Assembly (NCBI RefSeq): GCF_006345805.1
Contig: NC_043012.1
Location: forward strand, 35,340,001-35,404,000
Source: Octopus sinensis
Lineage: Eukaryota
Direction of reading: 5' to 3'
Length of the DNA: 64,000 bases
The notes under the pieces were generated by a model. It was not told where the DNA came from. It saw nothing but the letters and a program-made list of their open reading frames with translations, and did not search any database. Below, one piece after another: positions 27,131 through 39,400 of the stretch (positions within the stretch are counted from its first letter, which is position 1; the number at the start of each line of letters is the position of its first letter). A program made the translations under genes and the position numbers.

Positions 27131-27720
27131 TGCATGTGCATAAATTTGTTTAAGGGTGAAAACCCAGGTCAAACTGAGGACGTTCGAATCGCTTTCATTT
27201 CCCCATCAACAATTTTAAGGGGTGCTCCCGCATCCCCAGCATCTGCTGTTTTCAAGTTTAAGTGTATGTGTGTATGTATGTCTATTAGGACCAATTGACA
27301 GGCGACGGTCCCGTTTAGAGAATGCCTGGGCTAAGACTACGCGCCTTCATTGGTCAGTTAAAGTTGAGAGTGTCACGTGACAACTTGCTGGGGCTGCCCG
27401 CTGGAGCCTAGCAGCAGGTATTTAAAGGGAAAAATTTGACAAGGCAGTCAGTCGCCCACTGACACTCGTTGACGCTACATCGAAGAGGCCAGGGAACAGA
27501 AGAAAGAAGACATGCACCCAACACCAGAGCTGAAGACACCTCCGTAGAGGAGTAGGGGCCGAAACCGGACGTGGTTCCTTTTGGTGATGTCTTGAGCTAA
27601 CTGGATCCTATAAAGGAGCTGTTGTGGTAGTAGACCACGAAACACGGTTGAAATTCCCTTCTAATCTCTACTATGGAATCTACCTAAAGTCTTTTGCAGT
27701 CATCGCGTTCATTAAATACA
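27131..27720 (+). mobile_element. Probable solo LTR or LTR-like element
   Basis: TG...CA ends with a possible 4 bp TSD tata/tata. CCAAT boxes, GTCACGTGAC, TATTTAAAG and ATTAAA-TACA at the 3' end occur in LTR order. The TSD is weak because the context is AT-rich. Confidence 0.5.
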
Positions 27721-27984
27721 TATATTTATCAGATACATAAAACAGATGTGCAAGTCCAGCGAGTCTATATAATGCTATGATCGATTATAAAAAAGGGAAA
27801 GATTGATCGACGCCGTTTCTACTATTTTTACAGAAGCAATTATTTCAACCGTCGCATTACCGCAAACAATGTTTTAGGATTGATATTGCAGCCTCTTCAT
27901 TGGCAATAACGCCAGTACATTCCATCTTTATTTAACCGTAGTTAGAACGGAGTGGGACCAAAATTTATGTTATATATATATATA

Positions 27985-28235
27985 TCACTGGACTTTCTAC
28001 CTTTCTACCCTTTACGGATTCTCTTTTGGATTTTTTATACTCCGGTTGCACCTCTCCGACCTATGGATTACTCTGGACTCTACTCCCCTTGTTTCTTTCT
28101 GTGCTCCTTTCTGTGGAAGAGCGTAGGCTCGAAACGTTAAAGATTTTTTTCAATTCCCGAGCGTTATACTAATACATCTGTTTGTGTTCTACACCACCTG
28201 TCTTCGTTTTTTGTTTTTTTCGTGAATTCTCCCTA
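27985..28235 (+). mobile_element. (TA)n-embedded small element with hammerhead-like motif (same family as 11518-11750)
   Basis: Shared motif and downstream sequence; TA-rich flanks on both sides. Confidence 0.65.
28107..28142 (+). ncRNA. Minimal type-I hammerhead-like motif (variant core)
   Basis: CTTT-CTGTGGAA-GAGC-GTAG-GCTC-GAAAC-GTT-AAAG. Confidence 0.5.
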
Positions 28236-29721
28236 TATACATATACACACACATATATATACACATACGAACACACACACAAACACATCGAAATGACAAT
28301 TTAAAATTGGTAGGTTACATACATAAAGATAAATCCACATATTTTTGACCTGGACATAAAACGATACAGCTTACGAGAAACAGGAAAATGCAATTACATA
28401 CGGGTGTAATGAATCCAGCAGCGAGTTTATATAATGCTACTGTCAAATTCAAAACGTGTATCTTTGGTTATAGAACCTTACATTGAAAGAATGCATGACC
28501 ATCCGAATTTAACATTTAAACCAAAACACGGATACAGTTTTATCAAAAATAATAACATAAATAAATACTTTCTAATTCTAGTAGACAATACTTTGATATA
28601 AAGCCAGACAGAATGTTCGATAAAATCAATGTAATATCAAATTACACTAAATCTAGAGCTGTAATATAAAATAAATCGAATAAAATGAACGAAACTGGGT
28701 ACGATGAAATATCAGGCGCTCATTACAGAAAATATATGGAGCTTTCTGATAGACTTCGCGCGCAAATATATCCCCGTTGTTGCTGTTGTTGTTAGTGTTG
28801 TTGTCTAGTACTTGGTTAATCCTCATGGAACAAACCCTGATGCAGCAGCCATGATCACGTCGATAATATTTTTCAGAATTACGTTTTTAAACGTGTTCTT
28901 TTATCAGAGAGGAAAATGCGATTTGAGGAATATTTACTATTGTTTAAAGAAGATGGAGGTTGGCGTGCCCTCACTGAATTCTATATTTATTACTTGTGTG
29001 TGTGTATGTGTGTGTGAGTCTGCATATGCATATATGTGTACAGACACACAAATATATGTATGTGTGCATGTACACATGCATGCATGAATATTTATGTATA
29101 TATGCATGTGTATGTATGTGTGTGTATGTATATGTATGTATGTGTGTCTGTATGCATCGATATCTCTCTCTCTATCCACACACACACACATATATGAATG
29201 CATGTATGTATATACATACATGTACGTATGCATACATGTATGTATGTCTGTATGTATGTATGTATGTATATATATATGTGTGTGTGTGTGTACGTATACA
29301 TATATGTATATTAACAAATACATGCTATTAACAATGCGTTTTTAGTATTAAACGAATTTCAATTTCCCCCATCCCCACCGTTCTATATACTCCCCTTCCC
29401 CTCCCCAGTCCAATCGTCACTCACACACACACACACACACACACAGACTGAAATTATGGAGACCCAGGATGGGAAAACAGTAGATGTATAACTAAAGAGA
29501 AAGAAGGAGAGGGACGGAAGCATGAGTCCCCCCCCCCCCCCCGCTTAACGCACATACAAATTCCTCTCCCTGGTACACAAAGCTGCTAACAACAGATAAA
29601 CATTTTAATACCGAAAAACCACCGCCACCGACTTCACCACCACCATCACTTCCCTTACCACCACCACCACCATCACCACTACTACTACCCCCATCATCAC
29701 CTCTACCATACTACACACCAC

Positions 29722-30582
29722 ACAAATGCCCTCCCTAGCGCACAAAATGCCCTTGCTGCTGCACAACATACCCTCCCTAACACACAACATGCCCTTGCTA
29801 CCGCACAACACGCCCTCCCTAACACACAACATGCCCTCCCTAGCTACAACATGCCCTCCCTAGCACACAACGTACCCACCCTAACACACATGCCTGCCTT
29901 AGCACACAACATACCCTCCCTAGCACACAAACTTCCCTCGCTACCGCACATGCCCTCTCTAGCACACAACATGCCCTTGCTATCGCACAACATGCCCGCC
30001 CTAGCACACAACATGCCCTCCCTAGCTACAACATGCCCTCCCTAGCACACAACGTACCCACCCTAACACACATGCCTGCCTTAGCACACAACATACCCTC
30101 CCTAGCACACAAACTTCCCTCGCTACCGCACATGCCCTCTCTAGCACACAACATGCCCTTGCTATCGCACAACATGCCCGCCCTAGCACACAACAAGCCC
30201 GCCCCAGCTCACAACATGCCCGCCCTAGCACACAACATGCTCTTACTACCGCACAAAATTCCCGCCCCAGCACACAACATGCCCTCCCTAGCACACATGC
30301 CTGCCCTTGCTACCGCACAATATGCTCTCCATAGCACACAACATGCCCGCCCTAGCACATAACATGCCCTCCCTAGCACACAACGATACCCTTGCTACCG
30401 CACAACATGCCCTCCCTAGCACACAACATGCCCTCCCTAGCACACAATATACCCTTGCTACCGCACAACATGCCCGCCCTAGCACACAACATACCCACCC
30501 TAGCACACAAGATACCCTTGCTACCGCACAACATTGCCCTCCCTAACACACAACATGCCCTTGCTAACACACAACTTGTCTT
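29722..30582 (+). repeat. 21 bp minisatellite with two unit variants
   Basis: Units ACAACATGCCCTCCCTAGCAC and ACAACATGCCCTTGCTACCGC, with a 182 bp higher-order duplication (ORFs at 29851 and 30033 start identically). Confidence 0.92.
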
Positions 30583-31107
30583 CACATGCCCCTACAACTA
30601 AGTATTATGTCCTTATTACACACACGACAACACGTGCTTACTTCCTCCCTCTCTGCACCACCACTCTCTACATATACGCCGTTAACCTCCATACAACATG
30701 TGATATTATTAATACAATGATTATTGGCACTCCTTAGTGAAGTTATTTCCTATTTTCACATTCACCGCTGCCATTGTTGAGTACAAATCAAATTGCTTTT
30801 AATAAAGAATTATTGTTTTCAGGTCTGACCACACATGGAAAATCTAAATTGCCTGTCATTCAACGCCCCGCTTCTAACCGCTGATATGTCCACCCTAGAA
30901 TTTGATGTGAAAAGGGTGCGACAAAGTCGTCCAACTGCTCGAGTTGTGTGAGAACATCACTGCGTCCATGTAGGAGATTTTCTCAATTAACAGGTGGAAA
31001 GCATGAAAAGCAAACCAGACGCCGAGGTAAGGGTAACAATTAAAGACGTTGTTCGTGAAGAAAATACAACGACAGCAAAAACATCCCCAAACAACATACC
31101 GTAATAA

Positions 31108-32465
31108 GAGCTACGAAACATGCAGGCGTTATGACGTCAGATGCAAGATACAAGCGCTACGAAACAAGCAGACGTTATGACGTCAGATACAAGATACAAG
31201 CGCTACGAAACAAGTAGACGTTATGACGTCAGATACAAGAGCTACGAAACATGCAGACGTTATGACGTCAGATACAAGATACAAGAGCTACGAAACAAGC
31301 AGACGTTATGACGTCAGATACAAGATACAAGCGCTACGAAACAAGCAGACGTTATGACGTCAGATACAAGAGCTACGAAACATGCAGACGTTATGACGTC
31401 AGATACAAGATACAAGCGCTACGAAACATGCAGGCGTTATGACGTCAGATACAAGATACAAGCGCTACGAAACAAGCAGACGTTATGACGTCAGATACAA
31501 GATACAAGCGCTACGAAACATGCAGGCGTTATAACGTCAGATGCAAGATACAAGCGCTACGAAACAAGTAGACGTTATGACGTCAGATACAGGAGCTACG
31601 AAACATGCAGACGTTATGACGTCAGATACAAGATACAAGCGCTACGAAACAAGTAGACGTTATGACGTCAGATACAAGAGCTACGAAACATGCAGACGTT
31701 ATGACGTCAGATACAAGATACAAGCGCTACGAAACATGCAGGCGTTATGACGTCAGATACATGATACAAGCGCTACGAAACAAGCAGACGTTATGACGTC
31801 AGATACAAGATACAAGCGCTACGAAACATGCAGGCATTATGACGTCAGATGCAAGATACAAGCGCTACGAAACAAGTAGACGTTATGACGTCAGATACAA
31901 GAGCTACGAAACATGCAGACGTTATGACGTCAGATACAAGATACAAGCGCTACGAAACAAGTAGACGTTATGACGTCAGATACAAGAGCTACGAAACATG
32001 CAGACGTTATGACGTCAGATACAAGATACAAAAGCTACGAAACATGCAGACGTTATGACGTCAGATACAAGAGCTATGAAACAAGCAGACGTTATGACGT
32101 CAGATACAAGATACAAGAGCTACGAAACAAGCAGACGTTATGACGTCAGATACAAGATACAAGAGCTACGAAACAAGCAGACGTTATGACGTCAGATACA
32201 AGATACAAGAGCTACGAAACAAGCAGACGTTATGACGTCAGATACAAGATACAAGAGCTACGAAACAAGCAGACGTTATGACGTCAGATACAAGATACAA
32301 GAGCTACGAAACAAGCAGACGTTATGACGTCAGATACAAGATACAAGAGCTACGAAACAAGCAGACGTTATGGCGTCAGATACAAGCGCTACGAAACAAG
32401 CAGACGTTATGACGTCAGATACAAGCGCTACGAAACAAGCAGACGTTATGACGTCAGATACAAGA
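31108..32465 (+). repeat. 46/39 bp minisatellite, 31 units, 29 carrying TGACGTCA
   Basis: Unit GAGCTACGAAACAAGCAGACGTTATGACGTCAGATACAA(GATACAA). I counted 29 perfect TGACGTCA plus 2 variants. There is a 308 bp higher-order repeat (5x46 + 2x39). Confidence 0.95.
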
Positions 32466-32741
32466 ACAAGTTGGTGTTTGCAAGCTTTCAGTAACATGCA
32501 CAGACTGCAATAACGACGTAAGTTTCCTTAGATTCCGTCAGAACTTCTCTCGGTATTAAAGGTCAAGGCATGCCCGAGAAAGAACTATTTTAGTCCGTGG
32601 ATATCAAAGAAATAAGTAAAGGTTCATTTCCTCGTCTCTTTGGCAGCCATTGAAGATGACAGCCTTTTCTTTTTTTACAAGAGGATCAGAGATGAGTTCA
32701 TTAAAAGATGAATTTGACATGCATTCATTATCCTGCAGCCG

Positions 32742-32780
<39 letters not shown>

Positions 32781-32881
32781 ACTACTACTACTACTACATC
32801 CATCATCACCTCTACTATACTAAACACCACACAACATGCCCTCCCTGGCACACAACATACCCTTGCTACCGCACAACATGC

Positions 32882-33274
32882 CCGTCACAAGTGGAGTCAG
32901 TGGGTCTTGACCGCTGGGATGGTAAACACCTCGACGGAAATACCCTCTTCTCGTACGAGGGAGGCAGATCCCTAATCTGGGGCACGACGTGCTGCGACAC
33001 GTTCTCCGGCTCCAACTTTGCCGCAAACCCGGGTATCGCCACCCACAAGGCAGAAGAGAGAAAACAAATAAACATCTACAGGAGCCTGACTGGCCGCTAT
33101 GAGTTTGTACTTGTCGCCGTCGGGACTTCAGGTGTTCTCGGACCCCACACTGCCGATTTCTTCTCTCAAATCGAGATAATTGTGGGCCATCCGAAAAATG
33201 AGCTGCACGAGGTGTGTGTGTGTGTGTGTGCTGCAGTGAGTGTCGCTGGCCATTCTCTGCTGCAGAGGGGCTAA
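32882..33274 (+). mobile_element. Restriction-like endonuclease remnant of a CRE-clade (R2 superfamily) non-LTR retrotransposon
   Basis: Translation ESVGLDRWDGKHLDGNTLFSYEGGRSLIWGTTCCDTFSGS...AEERKQINIYRSLTGRYEFVLVAVGTSGVLG...QRG follows the EP.GL.R.DGKRPDG.T..PW..G..L.WD.T..DT...AE..K..KY..L...F.P.A.ET.G..G...QRGN pattern; RPDG, WD and ET are mutated. Confidence 0.85.
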
Positions 33275-34488
33275 ACCCGCCATTTGTTCTGGGGTGTACA
33301 ACCCTTTAATCTCTCCATCCCGCTATCTTCTGCTGCTTAATCCAGCCCCATTTTTTCTTTGTTTCCTTGGTGAGGTAGTTATGGGGTTTTTTCCTCGATA
33401 ATTTGATTTTTTATACTTTTATTTATTTTTTTTTTCTTCCTGTAAAATATATTGCAAATAGAAACACAGAAGAGAGTTTTAATTCTTCATTAAACCGAGA
33501 GAGAAAAGATTGTGTTACCCGTGACAGCTTTTGAGTTTGCAAGTAGGCTTACATAACAGATCCAAAAATGTCACCTCCATAAAGCGCCACCCGGGGCGAA
33601 CCGCCCTAATCTCCCCCTCGTTGCTCCTCAGCTATGCTGCTGTAATCAAGAAGGACTGCACAGTTGAGAGACTCCAAAAGAGAAAATTACTTCGAAAGTA
33701 TCTACCCCCACCCAAAAAAACAACAACTGCAGCCGTAAATGTAATACATGGTGCATCTGTAGTGAACACCAATGCCAGCAGTGCCATATTCCACAGCCTA
33801 CGGTTCCACAATGAAGACAAAATGACAACTTCACAATTGCACAGTAATATCGGATCTCTTTCTCTGGAATCAATCTCAGCTCTTCATTCATGTTCCAACA
33901 GCTTCCTAACTGAAGGTTACAATAAACTGCAACACAGCATGAAATGTCCACAAGTAGTATCAGAGTTCAGGCGAAGGGACTTGACCGTTTTAATAGTGCA
34001 AATGTGCTCTGCTAGCACCAAGGAATTCAACATCCTTGGTGTTGCAATACCGAGGCCTTCTGGAGAGAAACAGAATCTTATGTCGCAGCTACTTCAGAAA
34101 GGCTTGCATTGTACCGGACACAATCTTGAGTAATTTTTCAATCCTCGGGGAAACTCAAACTCCAACAACAAACTCTACAATAAACGATACTGGTATCGGC
34201 AGAGCCCTCCACGAATGAATATCATCTCTGTGAACAGTTTTGAACATCTCCGATAAAAGTTTGTGTGTGTGTGTGATGACGTTGCGGGTTTAATGGCTAA
34301 TGTATAGTTGCCTGCACCTGTAATTCAAAGGGGCCAGCCTTGTAACTTTGGGTACCCCACTGAATTTCTCTGAGAACTATGTGAAGGGTACGCGTGTCTG
34401 TGGAGTGCCGAGACACTTGGATGTTAATTTCAAGAGCAGGCTGTTCCGTTGATCGGATCAACTGGAACACTCGACGTCGTAATCGATG

Positions 34489-34521
<33 letters not shown>

Positions 34522-35298
34522 CCGTCGCCAAAATAGCTGGGCCAAATCGTCTCATTCCGGCCAGGACAATGTCCCTACGGCCCCATCAATGGTGCAAGGT
34601 GTTCAAGGTAGAGCAAACCCACTGTGTGGCTTAGACTGGAGCTTTGATTTACAGGTACAAACCACCACGGGCCTCCATACAGTCTCCTTCAATCCATTAT
34701 CGATCGTGAGGCGGAGATCCTACTGAAGAAATTAAAGATACTTAGCCAAGACGCCGAGCAGTGAGATCGAACCAGTGGCATCATGCTTACAAAACAGGCT
34801 CCATTTTCCAGATCACGATATTATATGAGAATTGTGGGCAAACAGCGGTTCGCGGGATGGTCTGAATGACACACCTTACCGAAAAATTACTTAGAACTTT
34901 TTTAGTAGTGCGGCCCGTCTGATGATGAATCGTGTATCATGCGGCCCGCTTCTGCTAGAAATAGCAGCGAAAACTCTCTTTGCTATCTTAACGACTGCAC
35001 TCAGTCGCTGACATACGTGTTAAAAGAACAGAACTGGTCACGATTGGATTGTCATTAATCAGATGGGTCAGAACTGACCAGGTTTCAATCAATTACAATT
35101 TGTAGTGTGACATTGTATGGGAGCCTCTATGCGGTCGACTGATCTGCTAGAAATAGCAGCCAAGTTCATTCGGATCACACTTAGTTAAAAAAAAACATGT
35201 TTACATAAATCAGTCTGTGCGTTCGATATAAAAATATACTGTGTGGTCACGGTTGGGTTGTTTTAATCATAGGTTTGTGTAAACATAAAACTATATAT

Positions 35299-35678
35299 AT
35301 TCTTTTATCCTTTTATTTGTTTCATTTAAACTGCGGCCAGGCTGGAACACCGCCTTTAATTGAACAAATCGACCCCCGGACTTATTCTTTGTAAGCCTAG
35401 TACTTATTCTGTCGATCTCTTTTGGCGAACCGCTGGTTCATGGGACGTAAACACAGCAACATACGGTTGTCAAGTGATGGTGGAGGGACATACACAGACA
35501 CACAAACATATACATATATATATACGACGGGCTTCTTTCAGTTTCCGTCTACCAAATCCACTCACAAGACTTTGGTCGGCCCGAGGCTATAGTAGAAGAA
35601 ACTTGCCCAAGGTGTCAAGCAGTAGGACTGAAACTGGAACCATGCGGTTGGTTAGCGAGCTACTTACCACACAGCCAA
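35299..35678 (-). mobile_element. SINE-B, near full length
   Basis: Head, centre and tail homology. Confidence 0.9.
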
Positions 35679-35714
35679 GGTGAGTACGTGTGTGAATGCG
35701 CGTGCATATACGTT

Positions 35715-35808
<94 letters not shown>

Positions 35809-35941
35809 CAGAGAGAGAGAGAAAAAAGAGAAAGAGAGAGAGAAAGACAGACAGACAGCTGGGTAGTGTGAAAGAGTGTGGTAGCGCGCGTGCGTGTGTG
35901 TGTGTAAGAGTGTGTATGAAGGTGAGGATTATGGGCACACC

Positions 35942-36169
35942 TATTTCTTTACTACCCACAAGGGGCTAAACACAGAAGGGACAAACAAGGACAGACAAAC
36001 GGATTAAGTCGATTATATCGACCCCAGTGCGTAACTGGTACTTAATTTATCGACCCCGAAAGGATGAAAGGCAAAGTCGACCTCGGCAGAATTTGAACTC
36101 AGAACGTAACGGCAGACGAAATAGGGCTACGCATTTCGTCCGACGCGCTAACGTTTCTGCCAGCTCGCC
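35942..36169 (-). mobile_element. Full SINE-A (A2 tail)
   Basis: ~15 bp TSD ggattatgggcacacc / ggattatggacacc. Confidence 0.92.
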
Positions 36170-38019
36170 GGATTATGGACACCTCGTCGTTGAAACGGAC
36201 CCAGTTGTAAGGGAGGTTAAACAGTGAACAACCCTCCCCCATACACACACACACATACACTCACATTCGCACGCATACACACACACATGCACACCTGCTT
36301 ATTTGCCTGCATATGGTCGTGCATATAGCCACATATATATATAAACATATGTTGCAGATAGAAACGCGCGCACACTGCGTATCGCTTGCCTCGCATCGGG
36401 CTTCTCGTCTCCTGACGTAGTCGTGAGGGCACCATCGTGACATATGGCCTGTCTTGGCCGTTTGAAACCCACCTCAGTTCATCTCCCTTCAGAATGAATA
36501 CACACGAACGGTTTCTCGAAAGCACACACACGCACGTATATGTAAGTATGTGTTTATATGTGTGGATAAATAGCCACGTAGCAGCGTAAATTTAGGTAAC
36601 TATGCACGTAGACAGTTAGATGTGTCAACACAGCCGTAGTCCTCCCCGACTCCGCCGCCCAACACGCACACATACACACACACACACACACATGTGTATA
36701 CACAGAGATATGTAAGCGTACACATACATACATCTATACACATGCACACACACGCGCGCTCACACACACATACATACACATGTATGTGTCGGTTTGGCGA
36801 GTGCACTGAACGAAACTTTGAGCCATTGAGTCACTTTTGTAACTTTTTTCTAATTTTACAGAATATACACTCATATATGCATAAACACACACCACACACA
36901 CACTCACACACACATACATCATACACACATATACACTTACATACACAGACATACACGGATATACATATATATATATTTTCACATGTATGAGGCAAAAATT
37001 TGAGAAGCAGAGAGAGAGAGATAGAGTGAGAGACGGAGGGAAAGGAGAGAGAGAGAGTGGGAAAAGAAAGGGTGATAGAGAGGGAGAGAGGAGAGAGAGA
37101 AAGAGAGGCATGTATTTCACAGATGTATCTAACACGCATTATTGATTTGGAAATGATAAGCCACCCACTATCATCATCATCATCATCATCGTCATCACCA
37201 TCGTCATCACCATTCTCCTTCTAATCATCATTATCATCATCATTATCATCATCATCATCATCATCATCATCACCATTACCAATTTCCTCACGACCAACTC
37301 TACCCACGCCATCATTACCGCCACCATCACTACCACGACTATCAGTACAGCCACCACCTACACCACCACCACCACTACCACTACCATCATGCCAAAGTCA
37401 TCAGTATTATCAGCGCTACCACCACCATCACCACCACCCCCAGCTACCACCGTCTCCACTGTGTTGACGACCTCAATAGCTACTAAAAGTACCAGCATTA
37501 TTATCTGCACCACCAACACCAGCACCACCACCACCATCACATGTATTATCACCAGCACAACCACCATCTACTTGCCCCGCCACTATAAACGGTCACCACC
37601 ATTTATTAGTTAAAGACAGTGATCTGGGGCTAAACCATGGTTACCAAACTGACCCACCCCTCCCACCCCCACCCAATATCTAGCAATATTTTCTACGCCC
37701 CACCCTCTTTTATTAACGACAAGTTCACATCAGAAATAATTCTCTCTGCCATGATGTTGAACACTTTCAAGAAGAGAGTTTTCGACCAAATTGATTCTCT
37801 TCAGTTTGTCAGGCTCCTTTTGTCAGTTTCTCACAAACCCTTCTCAGGGCCGCCTGCAAGAAGTAGCGGGTTAATCAACACCCACAGCAATTACGAACCA
37901 CCTATATTAGACACATTGTCGCTCGAACTTGCTAGATACCGTCTCCAGACGCAAAGTTCCACATTCACCTTATGTCGACATATGGAGTTCCAGTTCAGTG
38001 GTTCATCTTTCACTATCTT

Positions 38020-38280
38020 GTAATTGCTTCAGCCATTGGACTGTGGCCATGCTGGGGCAGTAACTTGGAAGTGTTTTAGTCGAACAAATCAATCTATGTA
38101 CTTATTTTTTTTTTGTATTTCAGATGCTTATTTTATTGGTCGCTATTTCCGAACCGCTATGTTACGGCGAGGAAACCAACCAACCAATAGTGGTTGTCAA
38201 ATGGTTGAAGGGGACAAATACACACACATATACATACATACATGCACACAAACACACACACATATATACATACACAAGCA

Positions 38281-38312
<32 letters not shown>

Positions 38313-38470
38313 ATCTAGCGCTTCGGCAAAGACACTGATAGAATAAGTACCAGGCTTTAAGAAATAGAAAATAGTCCTATGTTCGATTCATTCGACTAAA
38401 AACTCTTCACGGCGGTGCCCCAGCATGGCCGAAGTCTAATGACTGAAACAAGTAAATGAATAAACGAATA
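38020..38470. mobile_element. Two partial SINE-B tails in opposite orientation
   Basis: Minus tail at ~38020-38260 and plus tail at ~38318-38470. Confidence 0.7.
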
Positions 38471-39139
38471 AAAAAAAAATATATATATATATATATGTGC
38501 ATACAACGAACTTCCACGCAGTTTCCGCCCACCAAAAAATCACCCCGAAGGCATCGGTCATCCTGGGACTGCTCATCCATTAAATGCGGCTTAATATAAT
38601 TTGTTAGGGTGGCCAATGGCTGAGGGGTTAGAGCGTAGGTTAGATTCTTTCCCCATAATCGTTCCAGCTTTACGTGCTCCGAGTTCAAATTCTACCGTCG
38701 TCATATTTGCTTTTTATCTTTTTAGGATCGATAAATAAAGTACCCCTTCTGTACAAAGCTCGATTCTCTTTCTCTTAGTCGTTATATCTCTGTCTCTCTG
38801 ATTTTTCTCTTCTGGAGTGGTGCGTCAGATCTGGAGAGAATAGGGGCTCTTCTAAGTTTAAAATGTCCAAGGACCCATCGTATAGCTTGGTATGGCATAA
38901 TTTGTTAATGCTTAATAAACGCTTCAAGGTGATCGACTGCCAGGCTCGCTAAACCTTTCGTGTAGAGCACGCTGCGAAATTTGACCAGCTTCTTGTACTC
39001 TTGAGTTCAAATAGCACCGACATCAAGATTCACTTTCTTCCTTCCTTCCTTTCTTTCTTTCTTTTTCTTTCTTTCTTTCTTTTTCTTTCTTTCTTTCTTT
39101 TTCTTTCTTTCTTTCTTTTTCTTTCTTTCTTTCTCTCTG

Positions 39140-39400
39140 TCTGTCTGTTCGGCATACGGCGTGTCTTATACACAGTATAGGATGACAGTACAGGCACGTT
39201 GTATGGGTGACAGTGTGGACATATGGTGTGTCTTACATAGTGTAGATTGACAATATGGACAGTTTTTTTTGTCACATGTATAGTGCAGAATGACAAGATG
39301 GACTCATACGATTGGTGGCAGTATGGACGTGTAATGTGGGTGGTGTTGTGGGCGACATTATGGACAAATGACGTTGGTGACGGTATTGACACATTGTATG
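39140..39400 (+). repeat. Ancient degenerate minisatellite (~65 bp dimeric unit)
   Basis: A TGACAGTATGGAC-like motif occurs at 39183, 39208, 39248, 39291, 39316, 39353 and 39378. Confidence 0.6.

Noticed and set aside
29851-30601. ORFs of repeated MPSLAHN heptads
   Set aside because: A by-product of the 21 bp unit; frames shift repeatedly and there is no supporting gene structure.
31108-32465. Minisatellite as a CRISPR array or tandem hammerhead array (CGAAAC in every unit)
   Set aside because: There are no unique spacers, and no CUGANGA core with pairing stems on either strand.
33370-33395. let-7-like TGAGGTAGT
   Set aside because: Only 9 nt match and there is no precursor hairpin.
33640-34200. 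Possible hAT transposase remnant on the minus strand (MQAFLK; LILLVDIS...NLQLG) and 200 aa plus-strand ORF
   Set aside because: The similarity is limited to a few residues across frameshifts and cannot be supported without an HMM search.
37770-37812. CTGAAGA...CGAAAA...TTC hammerhead-like words on the minus strand
   Set aside because: Stem I has only ~2 bp and there is no repeat context; this level of match is expected by chance.
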